Assembly (NCBI GenBank): GCA_963790305.1
Contig: CAWBOC010000005.1
Span: forward strand, 64,001-128,000
Direction: 5' to 3'
DNA: 64,000 bases
Origin: an uncultured Gemmatimonadaceae bacterium
Lineage (GTDB): Bacteria > Gemmatimonadota > Gemmatimonadetes > Gemmatimonadales > Gemmatimonadaceae
Shown here piece after piece: positions 38,993 through 49,077 of the stretch (the first letter of the stretch is position 1; each line of letters opens with the position of its first letter). Below the pieces are notes generated by a model. The model did no database searches. It saw nothing but the letters and a program-made list of their open reading frames with translations, and had not been told where the DNA came from. Made by a program: the position numbers and the translations under genes.

Positions 38993-39622
38993 TTATCCCG
39001 CCATGCCGAACATGAGCAGCTCTGTGGCGGTGAGCGTCAGCACTTCCGTTGATGGCGCGCTCTTGCCGCGCACCTGTCCGTCGATCGCGAGCATGGCGAG
39101 GCCGTGCACGAGCGCCCAGGCCGTGAGCGCCATCGCCTGCGGATCTCCCGACCGCACCAGCTTCTGGCGCTGGAGCATCGCGATTCCCTCCCGCAGAAAC
39201 CCGAACACCTCGTTCCGGGACGCCGGTGCGATTGCCGGATCCGCCGCGAGCTCGCTGCCGAACATCACGCGGTACTCATCGGGGTGCGCGACCGCAAACT
39301 GGACGTAGGCGAGGGCGATTGCCTGAAGACCACCGCGTGAGGTCTGCTGCGGCTTTCGCAGCGTCTTCTCTGGCGACTCCGCCGCAGCGCGAAGCTGGGC
39401 GTGAAGGCGCTTGAAGCCCTCGTCGGCGACCGCGGCGACCAGAGCCGCTCGATCGGCGAAGTGACGGTACGGGGCCATCGGGCTCACGCCCGCCGCGCGC
39501 GCGAGCGCGCGCATCGTCAGGGCCTCCGGCCCGCCCTTCCGTAAGAGCGGCATCGCCGCGGCCAGCAGCGCGCGGCGCAGGTCGCCGTGGTGGTACCCCT
39601 GCTTCTGGACGCGTTTAGCCAT
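38993..39622 (-). CDS. TetR/AcrR family regulator
   Basis: YHHGDLRRALL, LARAAGVSPMAPYRHF, WALVHGLA. Confidence 0.92.
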   Translation of the reverse strand: MAKRVQKQGYHHGDLRRALLAAAMPLLRKGGPEALTMRALARAAGVSPMAPYRHFADRAALVAAVADEGFKRLHAQLRAAAESPEKTLRKPQQTSRGGLQAIALAYVQFAVAHPDEYRVMFGSELAADPAIAPASRNEVFGFLREGIAMLQRQKLVRSGDPQAMALTAWALVHGLAMLAIDGQVRGKSAPSTEVLTLTATELLMFGMAG

Positions 39623-39634
39623 GAAACTGAATCT

Positions 39635-39680
39635 ATGTTGACATCGTATACTCTGCCAGGTATGTATACAGTGTCCACAT
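39635..39680. promoter_or_regulatory. Divergent promoter/operator: two related imperfect palindromes, TTGACA at 39638
   Basis: atgttgacatcgtatac and atgtatacagtgtccacat between tetR and the divergent gene. Confidence 0.6.
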
Positions 39681-39698
39681 TTTGCCGGAGCATCCCCC

Positions 39699-40415
39699 AT
39701 GTCGCTCGCTCATCGCGCCCGTCTCGACAGCTGGCTTCCCGCGCTGCTCCTCGTCGCTGGATCGCTCATCTTCCTCGGCGCCGGACGGCACCACCCCATC
39801 ATCGACGCCACGCTCGGTCCGCCCGGCAGCGATGAGTACTTTCGGGCGTTCGCCGCGCAGATGCTCCACATGCCGAACTGGGAAAGCATGCATCTCGGGA
39901 TCCTGGTCGGCCCAGTCCTGTGGACGCTAGGGCTCGCTAGCATCGCACGCCTGGTTTCGGCGAGAGCGACTTCCCTCGCCGATGTCGGCAAGACGGCCCT
40001 GATGCTCGGCGCGAGCTTGTGGGCAATCGCGTTCGTGCTCGATGGATACGTCGGACCGCGCCTCGCGCAGGTGCTCGCGACGGCTGGGGTTGGTGCCGAC
40101 GCGCTCGCCATCAAGACGTTCAGCACGAATCAATACATGATGGCGCGGCTCGGAATGCTCAGCATCGCGTTCATCGGCGGCGCGATTCTCGTGATCAGCG
40201 CCGCGATGCTCGTCGGGTCGCCTCTGCGGTCGTGGCGCACCGTCGTCGGCGGGCTCGGCGTATTCGTTGGCGGCTGGCCCTTGATCGCGGCGGCTCGCGG
40301 AGAATTCTGGCCGGGGCCATTCACGAGCCCGTATTGGACAGCGACCGCGCTCACGCTGGGCATCTGGTTCCTGTTGCTCGGAACCGCGATGCCGGGGATG
40401 CGACGCATTGATTGA
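39699..40415 (+). CDS. Multi-pass membrane protein (probable TetR target)
   Basis: About 6 hydrophobic segments. Confidence 0.75.
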   Translation: MSLAHRARLDSWLPALLLVAGSLIFLGAGRHHPIIDATLGPPGSDEYFRAFAAQMLHMPNWESMHLGILVGPVLWTLGLASIARLVSARATSLADVGKTALMLGASLWAIAFVLDGYVGPRLAQVLATAGVGADALAIKTFSTNQYMMARLGMLSIAFIGGAILVISAAMLVGSPLRSWRTVVGGLGVFVGGWPLIAAARGEFWPGPFTSPYWTATALTLGIWFLLLGTAMPGMRRID

Positions 40416-40417
40416 AG

Positions 40418-40508
40418 CGAGACTGCGAGCTGCGATCTGAAAGCCTCAGGAAGCTTCCAATGCCACACGTAGCTTCCGGTTTTTAGTTCGCAGCGTGCAG
40501 TTCGCAGT
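40418..40508. repeat. Degenerate palindromic element family I (CTGCGAG / TTCGCAG heptamers)
   Basis: gcgagactgcgagctgcga ... ttcgcagcgtgcagttcgcag. Confidence 0.6.
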
Positions 40509-40517
40509 GGCCTTTAG

Positions 40518-40589
40518 AGGCGCGGGCCGGAATCGAACCGGCGAGTGGGAGTTTTGCAGACTCCTGCCTTACCACTTGGCTACCGCGCC
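40518..40589 (-). tRNA. tRNA-Cys(GCA); CCA not encoded
   Basis: GGCGCGG/CCGCGCC acceptor stem, D-arm TAGCCAAGTGGTAAGGC, anticodon loop CTGCAAA, GGTTCGATTCC T-arm, U73. Confidence 0.95.
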
Positions 40590-40644
40590 GAAGTCCTTGC
40601 AATCTAGCGCGATAGCGAGGGTGGCTCAAGCGAGTCTAGGCACG

Positions 40645-40675
40645 TCTGAAATCTGAATTCTGATATCTGACGTCT
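40645..40675. repeat. Solo family F right arm
   Basis: tctgaattctgatatctgacgtctt is identical to the end of the 24312-24422 element. Confidence 0.75.
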
Positions 40676-40682
40676 TTGCCGT

Positions 40683-41438
40683 TCAGGCGTGCCTTGATGC
40701 TGGAACGCGCGCGATCATCGGCGCGCGGAGCTGCGTCGCCAGCCACGCCGCCGCGTCCTCTGTCGCCTCCGCCGGAAGGATGTGGCCCGTATTCCACCAG
40801 CGCATCTCCTTCGGCTCACCAGCCGCGGCGAAGAGTCGGTCGGCGTCCACGGGACGCACCGTTTGATCGTACCGGCCATGCGTCATGAGCAGCGGGCGCC
40901 CCGACAGCTTCCGCACCGCCTTGAGCGGATCCGCGACCGTTCGAATCAGCCGCTCGAACGGCGTGCCGAGCGGAAGGTCGCCGGCGGCCGCGAGCACGAC
41001 GGCGCGGACGCGCTTGTCGCGGGCCGCCGCCGCAACGCCCACGTACGCACCTAACGAATAGCCCACGATCGCCAGCCTCGAGGGATCATAGCGCTCGTGC
41101 TTGGCGAGACAGTCGAGCGCAGCTGCGCATTCCGCGAGTGCCAGGCGCCAATGACGGACCAGCGCCATCGGATTGAGCAGCGACTGCCGCTGGAGGGGTG
41201 CGTCCCGATCGCCATGCAGGGGAAGATCGATCGCCAGCGAGGCCACGCCACGGGATGCCAGCGCGCGGCCCACGGTGTCGGCCATCCGCTCCTTTCGCGA
41301 CGAATAGCCGTGGAGCAGCAGCGCCGCGGGCACCGGGTGCTCGAGGCCCGGCGGAAGGAGAAGAATCGCGGGAACGACGGCATCGCCGACGTGCAGCCGC
41401 AACGCGTGCCGCTCGACCTTCCCGTTCTGGTTTGGCAT
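40683..41438 (-). CDS. Alpha/beta hydrolase
   Basis: LLHG, GYSLG nucleophile elbow, D..V, GH. Confidence 0.88.
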   Translation of the reverse strand: MPNQNGKVERHALRLHVGDAVVPAILLLPPGLEHPVPAALLLHGYSSRKERMADTVGRALASRGVASLAIDLPLHGDRDAPLQRQSLLNPMALVRHWRLALAECAAALDCLAKHERYDPSRLAIVGYSLGAYVGVAAAARDKRVRAVVLAAAGDLPLGTPFERLIRTVADPLKAVRKLSGRPLLMTHGRYDQTVRPVDADRLFAAAGEPKEMRWWNTGHILPAEATEDAAAWLATQLRAPMIARVPASRHA

Positions 41439-41565
41439 GGGGTGTCAGCAACGGGCAAAAAGCTCGCCCGCGGCTGGCATTCTCGCAGTTCCCTGTGCAT
41501 ATCCGTAGCCCGGCGATGCGCCACCCTGGGGCGCCTTCGCCGCGTCTCACCGTCTCGGAGGACTC

Positions 41566-44457
41566 ATGCACGCGTCCCGCTGCGCCGCGCTCCTGCTCGC
41601 GGCCGTTCTCGTCGCCCCAATCGGTGCACAGCAAGCGCACGACGCCGAGTACACGGCGAAGATTCGAGAGCTTACGCCGACCGACGTGAAGTGGAAGTTC
41701 ACCACCGAGCTCGTCGACCACCTCCCGGCATCGGCGACGGTACCGTCCCCACTCAAGGTCCTCGGCTACGTTCCCGGCACTCCCGGGCGTCTGTCATACG
41801 TCGCCGACATCAATCGCTACTTCCGTGCACTCGACGCGGCGTCGCCTCGCGTGTCGCTCGTCTCACTCGGCACGAGCGACGAAGGGCGCGAGATGCTCCT
41901 CGCGGTCATCGCCGACGAGGCGACCATGTCGCGCCTCGAGGAGTATCGGACGATGCTCGGTCGCATCGCGGATCCCCGCGGCCTGACGGCGGAGGAGAAG
42001 ACGCGCCTGCTCGGCAGCGCGAAGCCCATCTACTGGCTCACCGGATCGATCCACTCTCCGGAGATCGGCAGTCCGGAGATGCTGATGGAGCTCGCGTATC
42101 GGCTGGCCGTCGACGAGTCGGAGTTCGTGAAGACGATCCGTTCCGGCGTCATCACCCTGATCACACCGGTGACGGAGGTCGACGGACGCGACCGCATGGT
42201 GGACGTCAACAAGCTCACGCGGCAGCTCAAGCTCGGGCCGCAGGGCGTGTCGCTCATCTACTGGGGGAAGTACACCGCACACGACAACAACCGTGACGGC
42301 ATGGTGCTCTCCCAGAAGCTCACGCAGAACGTGATGAAAGGATTCCTGCACTGGAAGCCGGTCGTTTTTCACGATCTGCACGAGTCGGTGCCGTTCCTGT
42401 ACACGAGCACTGGCACCGGTCCGTACAACGACGAGTTCGACCCGATCGTGATTCAGGAATGGCACACCCTGGCGTACCAGGAGATCACCGAGCTCACGCG
42501 GCGCGGGCTACCCGGCGTGTGGACACACGGCTTCTACGACGGGTGGGCGCCTAACTACATGCTGGCGATCGGCAACCTCCACAACAGCATCGGTCGTTTC
42601 TACGAGACGTACACATCGACCGGCACCGATTGTCAGACGGTGAAGCTTCCGGCGACGCAGACGGAGCGCCGCTGGGACCGCCCGAACCCGCCCGTGAACG
42701 GCGTGAAGTGGTGCATGCGCAGCAACATCAACTACCAGCAGTCGGGTGTGATGATCGCGCTCAAGTACGTCGCCGACCACTCGCGCACCTTCCTCGACAA
42801 CTATCTCGCGAAAGCCGATCGGATGGTGCGGAAGGGGCAGACGTCGGCACCGTACGCGTTCGTGATTCCGCGCGACCAGCGTCGCGTCGCGGAAGCGGCC
42901 GATCTCGTGAATCTGTTCCGGGCCCACGGGGCGGAAGTGCACGTCGCCGACGGAGACTTCGAGATCAAGGGGGCAGGAGTCAGGAGTCAGGGATCAGGGG
43001 GGGCCGGGGCACGAGGGGATAGCGCAGGTGCTGCGCGCCCCGTGTCACCTGACTCCGCAACGCGCCCCCTGGTTCCTGACTCCCGACCCCTGACCCCTAC
43101 GACAGTCAAACGCGGCGACTGGATCGTGCGCCTGGATCAGCCGTATACGGCGACCGTCCGTACGCTGCTCGCCGTCCAGAAGTACAAGGCCGACGATCCG
43201 CCGCCGTACGACGACACCGGCTGGACCCTCGACGAGCTGCGGCACGTCGTGACGTACAAGATCAGCGACTCGACCGTCCTCGCGAAACCGATGACCTTGA
43301 TGACGGCCGACGCCAAGGTCGAAGGAAGCCTGTCCGGAGACGGTGGTGTCGTGCTCGTCGAGCACCTGGGCGACTGGCGCTCGGCGGTGCTTCCCTGGAA
43401 GGTGGGAGGAACGCGCGTGCGTGCAGCCGAGGTGGCGTTTACCGCGGCAGGGCGCACGTGGCCGGCGGGCACGTACCTCGTTCCCGCCGACGGGCGCGCG
43501 CGCACCGCGGTCCGTGACCTCGGCCTAACGGCTGTCGCGGTCGCCAGCGCACCCACCGTTCGTACGCACGACGTCAAGCCGCCACGCGTGGCGCTCGTGC
43601 ACTCCTGGCTCGAGACGCAGAACGAAGGGTGGGTGCGCTACGCCTTCGACCAGCTCGGTGTGCCCTATACGTACATCTCTGATCAGTCTCTCGCGGCATC
43701 CGGCCGTCTCGACGCCTTCGATGTCCTGGTCTTCCCGCACGTGAATGGCTCGGCGCAGGCGCTGATCAACGGTCGCCCAATGACAGGGCCGCCGATTCCG
43801 TGGAAGAAGACGGCGCTCACGCCGAACCTCGACAAGTGGGACACGACCGACGACATCCGCCGTGGCATGGGGCTGGACGGAGCGGCAGCGTTGCGACGCT
43901 TCGTGGAGCGCGGCGGCGTTCTCATCACGACCGGCAATACGTCGCGTCTTCCGATCACGTTAGGCTTCAATCCGACGGTCAGTGAAGCGGAGGCCCGAAC
44001 GCTGCGTGCTCGCGGCGCGATCTTCCGTGCGAAGGGCGACACGACGGGAAGTCCCATTCTGTACGGCTACGAGCGCTCGACGTTCCCGGTGTATTTCAAC
44101 CAATCGCCCCTCCTCTCGGTGCAGCCGCCCGACACGACTGGACGTCTCGATGCGGTCGATCCTGCCATCATCGCCGACATCGAGCGCCAGCGCGGACGCA
44201 TCGTGCTGCGATTCCACGACAAGGCCGATTCATTGCTCGTGTCCGGACTGCTCGTGAACGGTGGTGAGATGACGGGCAAGGCGGCGGTGGTCGATGCACC
44301 GGTCGGACGGGGTCATGTCGTGCTCTTCGGCATCCGTCCAATGTGGCGTTGGCAGTCCCAGGGCACGTTCGCGATGCTGCTGAATGCAATGGTGCACTGG
44401 GATCATCTGGGCACGATCACAAGGGTAGAGAAGCCAACGGTGGCGGCAGGGCAATGA
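41566..44457 (+). CDS. M14 family zinc carboxypeptidase, exported
   Basis: IHSPE, DGRD, DNNRD, HDLHE motifs. Confidence 0.88.
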   Translation: MHASRCAALLLAAVLVAPIGAQQAHDAEYTAKIRELTPTDVKWKFTTELVDHLPASATVPSPLKVLGYVPGTPGRLSYVADINRYFRALDAASPRVSLVSLGTSDEGREMLLAVIADEATMSRLEEYRTMLGRIADPRGLTAEEKTRLLGSAKPIYWLTGSIHSPEIGSPEMLMELAYRLAVDESEFVKTIRSGVITLITPVTEVDGRDRMVDVNKLTRQLKLGPQGVSLIYWGKYTAHDNNRDGMVLSQKLTQNVMKGFLHWKPVVFHDLHESVPFLYTSTGTGPYNDEFDPIVIQEWHTLAYQEITELTRRGLPGVWTHGFYDGWAPNYMLAIGNLHNSIGRFYETYTSTGTDCQTVKLPATQTERRWDRPNPPVNGVKWCMRSNINYQQSGVMIALKYVADHSRTFLDNYLAKADRMVRKGQTSAPYAFVIPRDQRRVAEAADLVNLFRAHGAEVHVADGDFEIKGAGVRSQGSGGAGARGDSAGAARPVSPDSATRPLVPDSRPLTPTTVKRGDWIVRLDQPYTATVRTLLAVQKYKADDPPPYDDTGWTLDELRHVVTYKISDSTVLAKPMTLMTADAKVEGSLSGDGGVVLVEHLGDWRSAVLPWKVGGTRVRAAEVAFTAAGRTWPAGTYLVPADGRARTAVRDLGLTAVAVASAPTVRTHDVKPPRVALVHSWLETQNEGWVRYAFDQLGVPYTYISDQSLAASGRLDAFDVLVFPHVNGSAQALINGRPMTGPPIPWKKTALTPNLDKWDTTDDIRRGMGLDGAAALRRFVERGGVLITTGNTSRLPITLGFNPTVSEAEARTLRARGAIFRAKGDTTGSPILYGYERSTFPVYFNQSPLLSVQPPDTTGRLDAVDPAIIADIERQRGRIVLRFHDKADSLLVSGLLVNGGEMTGKAAVVDAPVGRGHVVLFGIRPMWRWQSQGTFAMLLNAMVHWDHLGTITRVEKPTVAAGQ
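42974..43098. repeat. Family A element inserted in frame within the M14 peptidase
   Basis: caggagtcaggagtcagggatcagggg ... cctggttcctgactcccgacccctgacccct. Confidence 0.85.
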
Positions 44458-44490
44458 GATCAACGTCCGCGGACGTTGATCTTCCACATC

Positions 44491-45948
44491 ATGGAGCTCC
44501 GAATGCGCATATATCTCAGTTCTGTTCTGATCCTGGCATCAGGCTCCGCGCTCGGTCAGACGCGCCCGACTCTCTTTGACGACGCCGTTCGCGCCATGGG
44601 TGGCGAGGCCGCCATTCGCGCCGCGACGTCGCTCACCATCGAGGCCACCGGGCGCAACTACAACTTCGGCCAGGGGATGTCGCCGGGCGTCCCGCTTCCG
44701 CGATTCGATGTGAGCGAGCTGCGTCGGTCAACCGATCTCACCGGCGTGCGCCATCGTCATGAGGTCACCCGCACGGCGGCGTTCACGACGGCGGTGACGA
44801 CCCCCCAGCGGATCGTCTTCGGCCTCGATGGGGACATCGCGTACGCCGTGGCACCTAACGGCAACGCGACTCGCAATGTCGCGGCGGCGGTGGCGCCACG
44901 GCGCCACGAGCACTACCACCACCCGCTTGTGCTCGTGCGGGCTGCGCTCGAGCCCGGGGCGGAAATACGGGCAGCGGGCACGCAAGCTGGCAGCCATGTG
45001 CTCCGCATCAAGCTCAGTCCGACGGACAGCTTCCAGCTTTGGCTCGACCGCCAGACGCACCTGCCATCCCGCATCCGCTCGGTTCGATACGACGTCAACC
45101 TTGGCGACGCCCTCTACGAGACACGGTTCGAGAATTGGGCCCCCAGCGGATCGCTCCAGCTCCCGACGCGGATGGCGAGCACCTTGGCCGGCGCCGTGGT
45201 CGCGGAGTATGAAGGCGCGCGCAATGTCGTCGCGACCGAGGCCACCGACCTGGCGGCGCCTGAAGCAGCCCGGGCCGCCGCGCCGACACCGCCGGTGAAC
45301 GTCACGTCGGAAGAGCTCGCCCCCGGCGTCTGGTACCTCGCCGGCGGGTCGCACCATAGCGTACTCGTCGAGTTCGATCAGTACCTCATGCTCATCGAGA
45401 CTCCGCAGAACGACGCGCGCACCCTTGCCGTCATCGCCAAGGCGCGCGAGCTGCGGCCGGACAAGCCGCTCCGCTACGGGGTGAACACGCATCATCACCA
45501 CGATCACTCCGGTGGCGTGCGCGCGGCGATCTCGGAAGGACTCACCATCCTCACGCATTCGGGGAACGTGGCGTTCTTCCGTGATGTCGCCCGTCGGCCG
45601 CATACCCTTCAGCCGGATGCGCTCGCGCGCTCCCCGAAAGCGCCCACCATCGTTCCGGTCGGCGAAAAGCGCGTGTTCCAGGATCGCTCCCGCACCGTCG
45701 AGCTCTACCACCTTCGCGGCAACCCGCACACCTCGACGATGATCGTTGCGTATCTGCCGACGGAGCGCCTGCTGGTGCAGGCCGACGCCTACAACCCGCC
45801 CGCGCCTAACGCCCCGCCGCCACCGTCGTTCCCCTTCGCGAAGAACCTGGTCGAGAACGTCGAGCGCCTGGGTCTGCGTGTCGACCGAGTCGCGGCGCTG
45901 CATGGGAGGGTGGTGCCGTTCTCGGAGATCAGGGAGGCGGCTCAGTAA
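44491..45948 (+). CDS. MBL-fold metallo-hydrolase, exported (start uncertain)
   Basis: THHHHDHSGG, PHT, QAD, LHG. Confidence 0.88.
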   Translation: MELRMRIYLSSVLILASGSALGQTRPTLFDDAVRAMGGEAAIRAATSLTIEATGRNYNFGQGMSPGVPLPRFDVSELRRSTDLTGVRHRHEVTRTAAFTTAVTTPQRIVFGLDGDIAYAVAPNGNATRNVAAAVAPRRHEHYHHPLVLVRAALEPGAEIRAAGTQAGSHVLRIKLSPTDSFQLWLDRQTHLPSRIRSVRYDVNLGDALYETRFENWAPSGSLQLPTRMASTLAGAVVAEYEGARNVVATEATDLAAPEAARAAAPTPPVNVTSEELAPGVWYLAGGSHHSVLVEFDQYLMLIETPQNDARTLAVIAKARELRPDKPLRYGVNTHHHHDHSGGVRAAISEGLTILTHSGNVAFFRDVARRPHTLQPDALARSPKAPTIVPVGEKRVFQDRSRTVELYHLRGNPHTSTMIVAYLPTERLLVQADAYNPPAPNAPPPPSFPFAKNLVENVERLGLRVDRVAALHGRVVPFSEIREAAQ

Positions 45949-46044
45949 GAGGTGGTCGAGGTCGTCGAGGATGTCCAGGTGATCGAGGGAACGTCGTCGC
46001 CTCTCCTCGATCACCTCGCCGTCCTGGACGACCTCGACCACCTC
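45949..46044. repeat. Family C element copy C4
   Basis: 33-nt core identical to C1. Confidence 0.9.
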
Positions 46045-46964
46045 CGCAGTTCGGCCTCCGCCGCGATCGCCCCGAACGGCGCCCAGTTTCCCGTCGCCAC
46101 GATTCGCTGAAAAATCGCTTCGGCACGCACACGGTCGCCGGTGTAGAGATACCAGTTCCCAACCCCGTATGCGGTCGTGACGTCATCGAGCGCGGCGCTC
46201 GATGACGCCGAGAGCAGCGAATCGGCCGATAGCTCGCCCTTGTACATCAGAAGCAGGCGGTGGTAGGCGCCATTCTCAATGACATCGAGGTCGGCGCGGA
46301 TCGGCTCGAGGACGCGCGCGGCTTCCGCGTCGCGACCGAGACGACGGAGCGTCATGTACAACCAATGCGACGTCGCCACGAGCATGTCGGGATTCTTCGA
46401 GACTTCCATGCAGGCGCGATAGGCATTCAGCGCGCGCTCGAAATCGCCCTTGAGGTAATGAGCGAGCCCCAGATGGTACCAGATGTTCGACTGGAGCGTG
46501 CTCGTCGGCGTGTTGCGCGCATTGGGAATGCCGTCGGGCTCGATCTCGTCGGCGCGACCGGACGTGAGCGACGCCGCGCGCTCGAGATCGACGATCGCGC
46601 GATCGAAATCCCGGATCGTGATGTAGCGATGCCCGCGATGCCGGTAGAAGCGAGCATCACGCGGATGCCTCTCAATGCCCCGCGTGTAGATCCCGATCGC
46701 TTCACGAAAGCGGCCGAGATACGCGGTGCGTCGCCCAAACCAGATCAGCGCATCGGCGTCCCCGGGAGCGGCGTAGCTTTGCTGCCGCGCTTCGGCCAAG
46801 GCTTCCTCGTAGCGACGTCTCGTATCTTCCGGCAACGCGGGACGCGCCAGCGGTCGCCCCAGCAGGGACGTGGCCTCCACCTCGCCGCCCTGCGCTGCGG
46901 GCTGCGGCGCGGGGTCCGAACGGCAGGAGGCGAAAAGCAGGAGTGCAGCAGCGAATCGTCGCAT
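46011..46964 (-). CDS. TPR lipoprotein
   Basis: FAS-C lipobox, YRHRGHRYIT, IWYHLGLAHYL. Confidence 0.82.
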   Translation of the reverse strand: MRRFAAALLLFASCRSDPAPQPAAQGGEVEATSLLGRPLARPALPEDTRRRYEEALAEARQQSYAAPGDADALIWFGRRTAYLGRFREAIGIYTRGIERHPRDARFYRHRGHRYITIRDFDRAIVDLERAASLTSGRADEIEPDGIPNARNTPTSTLQSNIWYHLGLAHYLKGDFERALNAYRACMEVSKNPDMLVATSHWLYMTLRRLGRDAEAARVLEPIRADLDVIENGAYHRLLLMYKGELSADSLLSASSSAALDDVTTAYGVGNWYLYTGDRVRAEAIFQRIVATGNWAPFGAIAAEAELRRWSRSSRTAR

Positions 46965-47067
46965 GGTTTCTTCGTCCGAAGGTGTTCAGCTTCGAGCTGC
47001 CGGGACCACGGGGCTCCAACTTCCGGACCCCTGACCACTAGCTCCTCGGTCTCTTATCGTATCAAAC

Positions 47068-47733
47068 ATGCTCATCGGCGTGGCGGGAATGGTGGGGGCG
47101 GGCAAGACGACGCTGACGCGAGCGCTTGCAGCGCGATTCGGGCTCCAGCTCGCGCTCGAGAGCGTTGACGAGGACAACCCGTGGCTCGAGCTGTTCTACC
47201 GCGACACCGACAGCCGCCGGGCGTATTCCCTCGAGTTGCAGCTCCACTTTCTTGCCACCCGCTTCGCGGCGATGCGCCGCATGCGCGCGCAGGGCGGAAG
47301 CTGGATTCTCGACCGCACCTGGTACGAGGACGCCGAGGTGTTCGCCCACGGATTGTACGAGCGCGGACTCCTGTCGCGCATCGAGCACGATCTCTACATG
47401 CGACTGTACGTAGAGCTCCTCCATTCCCCCGCCGCTCGACCACCGAAGCTGCTCATCTATCTTCACGGCCCGCTCGACGTACTACTCGGCCGCATCCGCA
47501 CACGCGGCCGCCCGTCGGAACGCGAGACTGAACCCGAATACTGGGCCCACCTGCACGAGCGATACGAGCGGTGGATCGGCAACTTCCGCCACTGCCCCGT
47601 GCTCGGCGTCAATGTGCGCGATTACGACGTCGTGGCCGATCCGGCGGCGCTCGACGCGATCGTTCACCGCATCCGAAAACACCTCGAGCCAGCGATCCCG
47701 CAACACGAATTCTGGGAAGCGGTCTCCGGCTAG
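47068..47733 (+). CDS. Deoxynucleoside kinase
   Basis: GMVGAGKTT, NPWLELFY, LQLHFL, DRT, RIRTRGRPSE. Confidence 0.9.
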   Translation: MLIGVAGMVGAGKTTLTRALAARFGLQLALESVDEDNPWLELFYRDTDSRRAYSLELQLHFLATRFAAMRRMRAQGGSWILDRTWYEDAEVFAHGLYERGLLSRIEHDLYMRLYVELLHSPAARPPKLLIYLHGPLDVLLGRIRTRGRPSERETEPEYWAHLHERYERWIGNFRHCPVLGVNVRDYDVVADPAALDAIVHRIRKHLEPAIPQHEFWEAVSG

Positions 47734-47746
47734 TCGCGCAGCGCGA

Positions 47747-47971
47747 TCAGCTCGGGCGTCGCCCGCGTCTTCCCGCCACCACCAGCGCGATTCCCGCCAC
47801 CAGAGCCACGCCGCCGAGCACCGGGCTGATGGTCCCTCTTTCTTCGACCGTCGCGCCGATCGGTCCCACCCGCACCGTCTCGCTCCGCTTCGTGTAGCTG
47901 ATCCCTTCGAACGCGAGCACGACCGCGCCGAGGATGACGAGCAGGATTCCGACGAGAGTTGCGATGTTCAT
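47747..47971 (-). CDS. Small two-TM membrane protein
   Basis: GISYTKRSET..VGP; two hydrophobic helices. Confidence 0.75.
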   Translation of the reverse strand: MNIATLVGILLVILGAVVLAFEGISYTKRSETVRVGPIGATVEERGTISPVLGGVALVAGIALVVAGRRGRRPS

Positions 47972-48007
47972 GGGCAGAGAGCTCCGATGAAGAGTGGGCC
48001 TGGACGC

Positions 48008-48140
48008 CGAATGCGGAACGCGGAATGCGGAATCTGCGATAGACCATCCATTAAGCGGGGTCTTGTCTAATTCCGCATTCCGCATTCCGCATTGATGGTG
48101 GGCGTCCTATTTGCAATCCGCAATCCGCAATCCGCAATCG
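48008..48140. repeat. Family D element copy D3 with an additional AATCCGC arm
   Basis: gcggaacgcggaatgcggaat ... attccgcattccgcattccgc ... (caatccg)x3. Confidence 0.85.
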
Positions 48141-48147
48141 CCCTCTC

Positions 48148-48951
48148 GTGTCTCTTCGTTCAATCTCGCTCCGCCGCCGCGGCTCCATGCCGGCGGGATT
48201 CCCCTTCGACGTTCCCGTCGTGCGCTCGCTCGAGACGCTCGAGCTGAGCACGGGAGTCACCTTCTTCGTCGGCGAGAACGGATCGGGGAAATCCACGCTG
48301 CTCGAGGCACTCGCGCTTGCGGCCGAGCTGCCGACGGTCGGCAGTGATGAGACGCGCCAGGACGCAACGCTCGATGCGCAGCGCGCGCTCGCCAAACACC
48401 TCACCCTGTCGTGGACCACTCGCTCGAAGCGCGGGTTCTTCCTTCGCGCGGAGGATTTCTTCGGCTATGCGAAACGTCTATCTCGCATGAAGGCCGAGAT
48501 GCGAGAGCGCATCGCGGAGATCGAGCGCGAGTACGAGGGCCGCTCCGAGTACGCGCGGGGGCTCGCCATGGGGCCGGCGTACGCGTCACTCGCCGCCATC
48601 GAGGGGCAATATGGCGGCGACCTCGATGGCCGTTCACACGGCCAGAGCTTCCTCACGCTTTTTCAGGCGCGGTTTGTGCCAGGGGGACTGCACCTGCTCG
48701 ACGAGCCGGAGGCTCCGCTGTCGCCGCAGTCCCAACTCGCGCTCATGGCGCTCATGCAGGACATGACCGCCGAGGGCGGCCAATTCGTCATCGCAACGCA
48801 CTCGCCCATTCTCCTCGCCTTCCCTGCCGCAACGATCTACACCTTCGACCGCACCCCACCGGAGCAAGTCGGGTTCGAGGACCTCGAGCACGTGAATCTC
48901 ACGCGAGCGTTCCTGAACAATCCGGAGTCGTTTCTACGGCGCCTCACCTGA
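48148..48951 (+). CDS. AAA/ABC-type ATPase (COG3910-like)
   Basis: GENGSGKST, SHGQSF, LLDEPEAPLSP, IATHSPILL. Confidence 0.9.
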   Translation: MSLRSISLRRRGSMPAGFPFDVPVVRSLETLELSTGVTFFVGENGSGKSTLLEALALAAELPTVGSDETRQDATLDAQRALAKHLTLSWTTRSKRGFFLRAEDFFGYAKRLSRMKAEMRERIAEIEREYEGRSEYARGLAMGPAYASLAAIEGQYGGDLDGRSHGQSFLTLFQARFVPGGLHLLDEPEAPLSPQSQLALMALMQDMTAEGGQFVIATHSPILLAFPAATIYTFDRTPPEQVGFEDLEHVNLTRAFLNNPESFLRRLT

Positions 48952-49077
48952 GGCGCTGACGCTGCACCGTTTTGCACCGTAGCTCGAAGTCTTCCAGCAG
49001 GTTGCGGCTTCATGACCCCGCTCGTCTTTTCTCGGGTCGCGCCGCGACCCATGAGCGCCCCCGCCCTACGACGCAGT

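Noticed and set aside
40518..40589. tRNA-Cys as an integration site of a genomic island
   Set aside because: No integrase and no duplicated tRNA 3' end noticed; composition is similar on both sides
47000..47047. Possible degenerate family A arm upstream of the deoxynucleoside kinase
   Set aside because: Only 2-3 poorly matching units; could be chance
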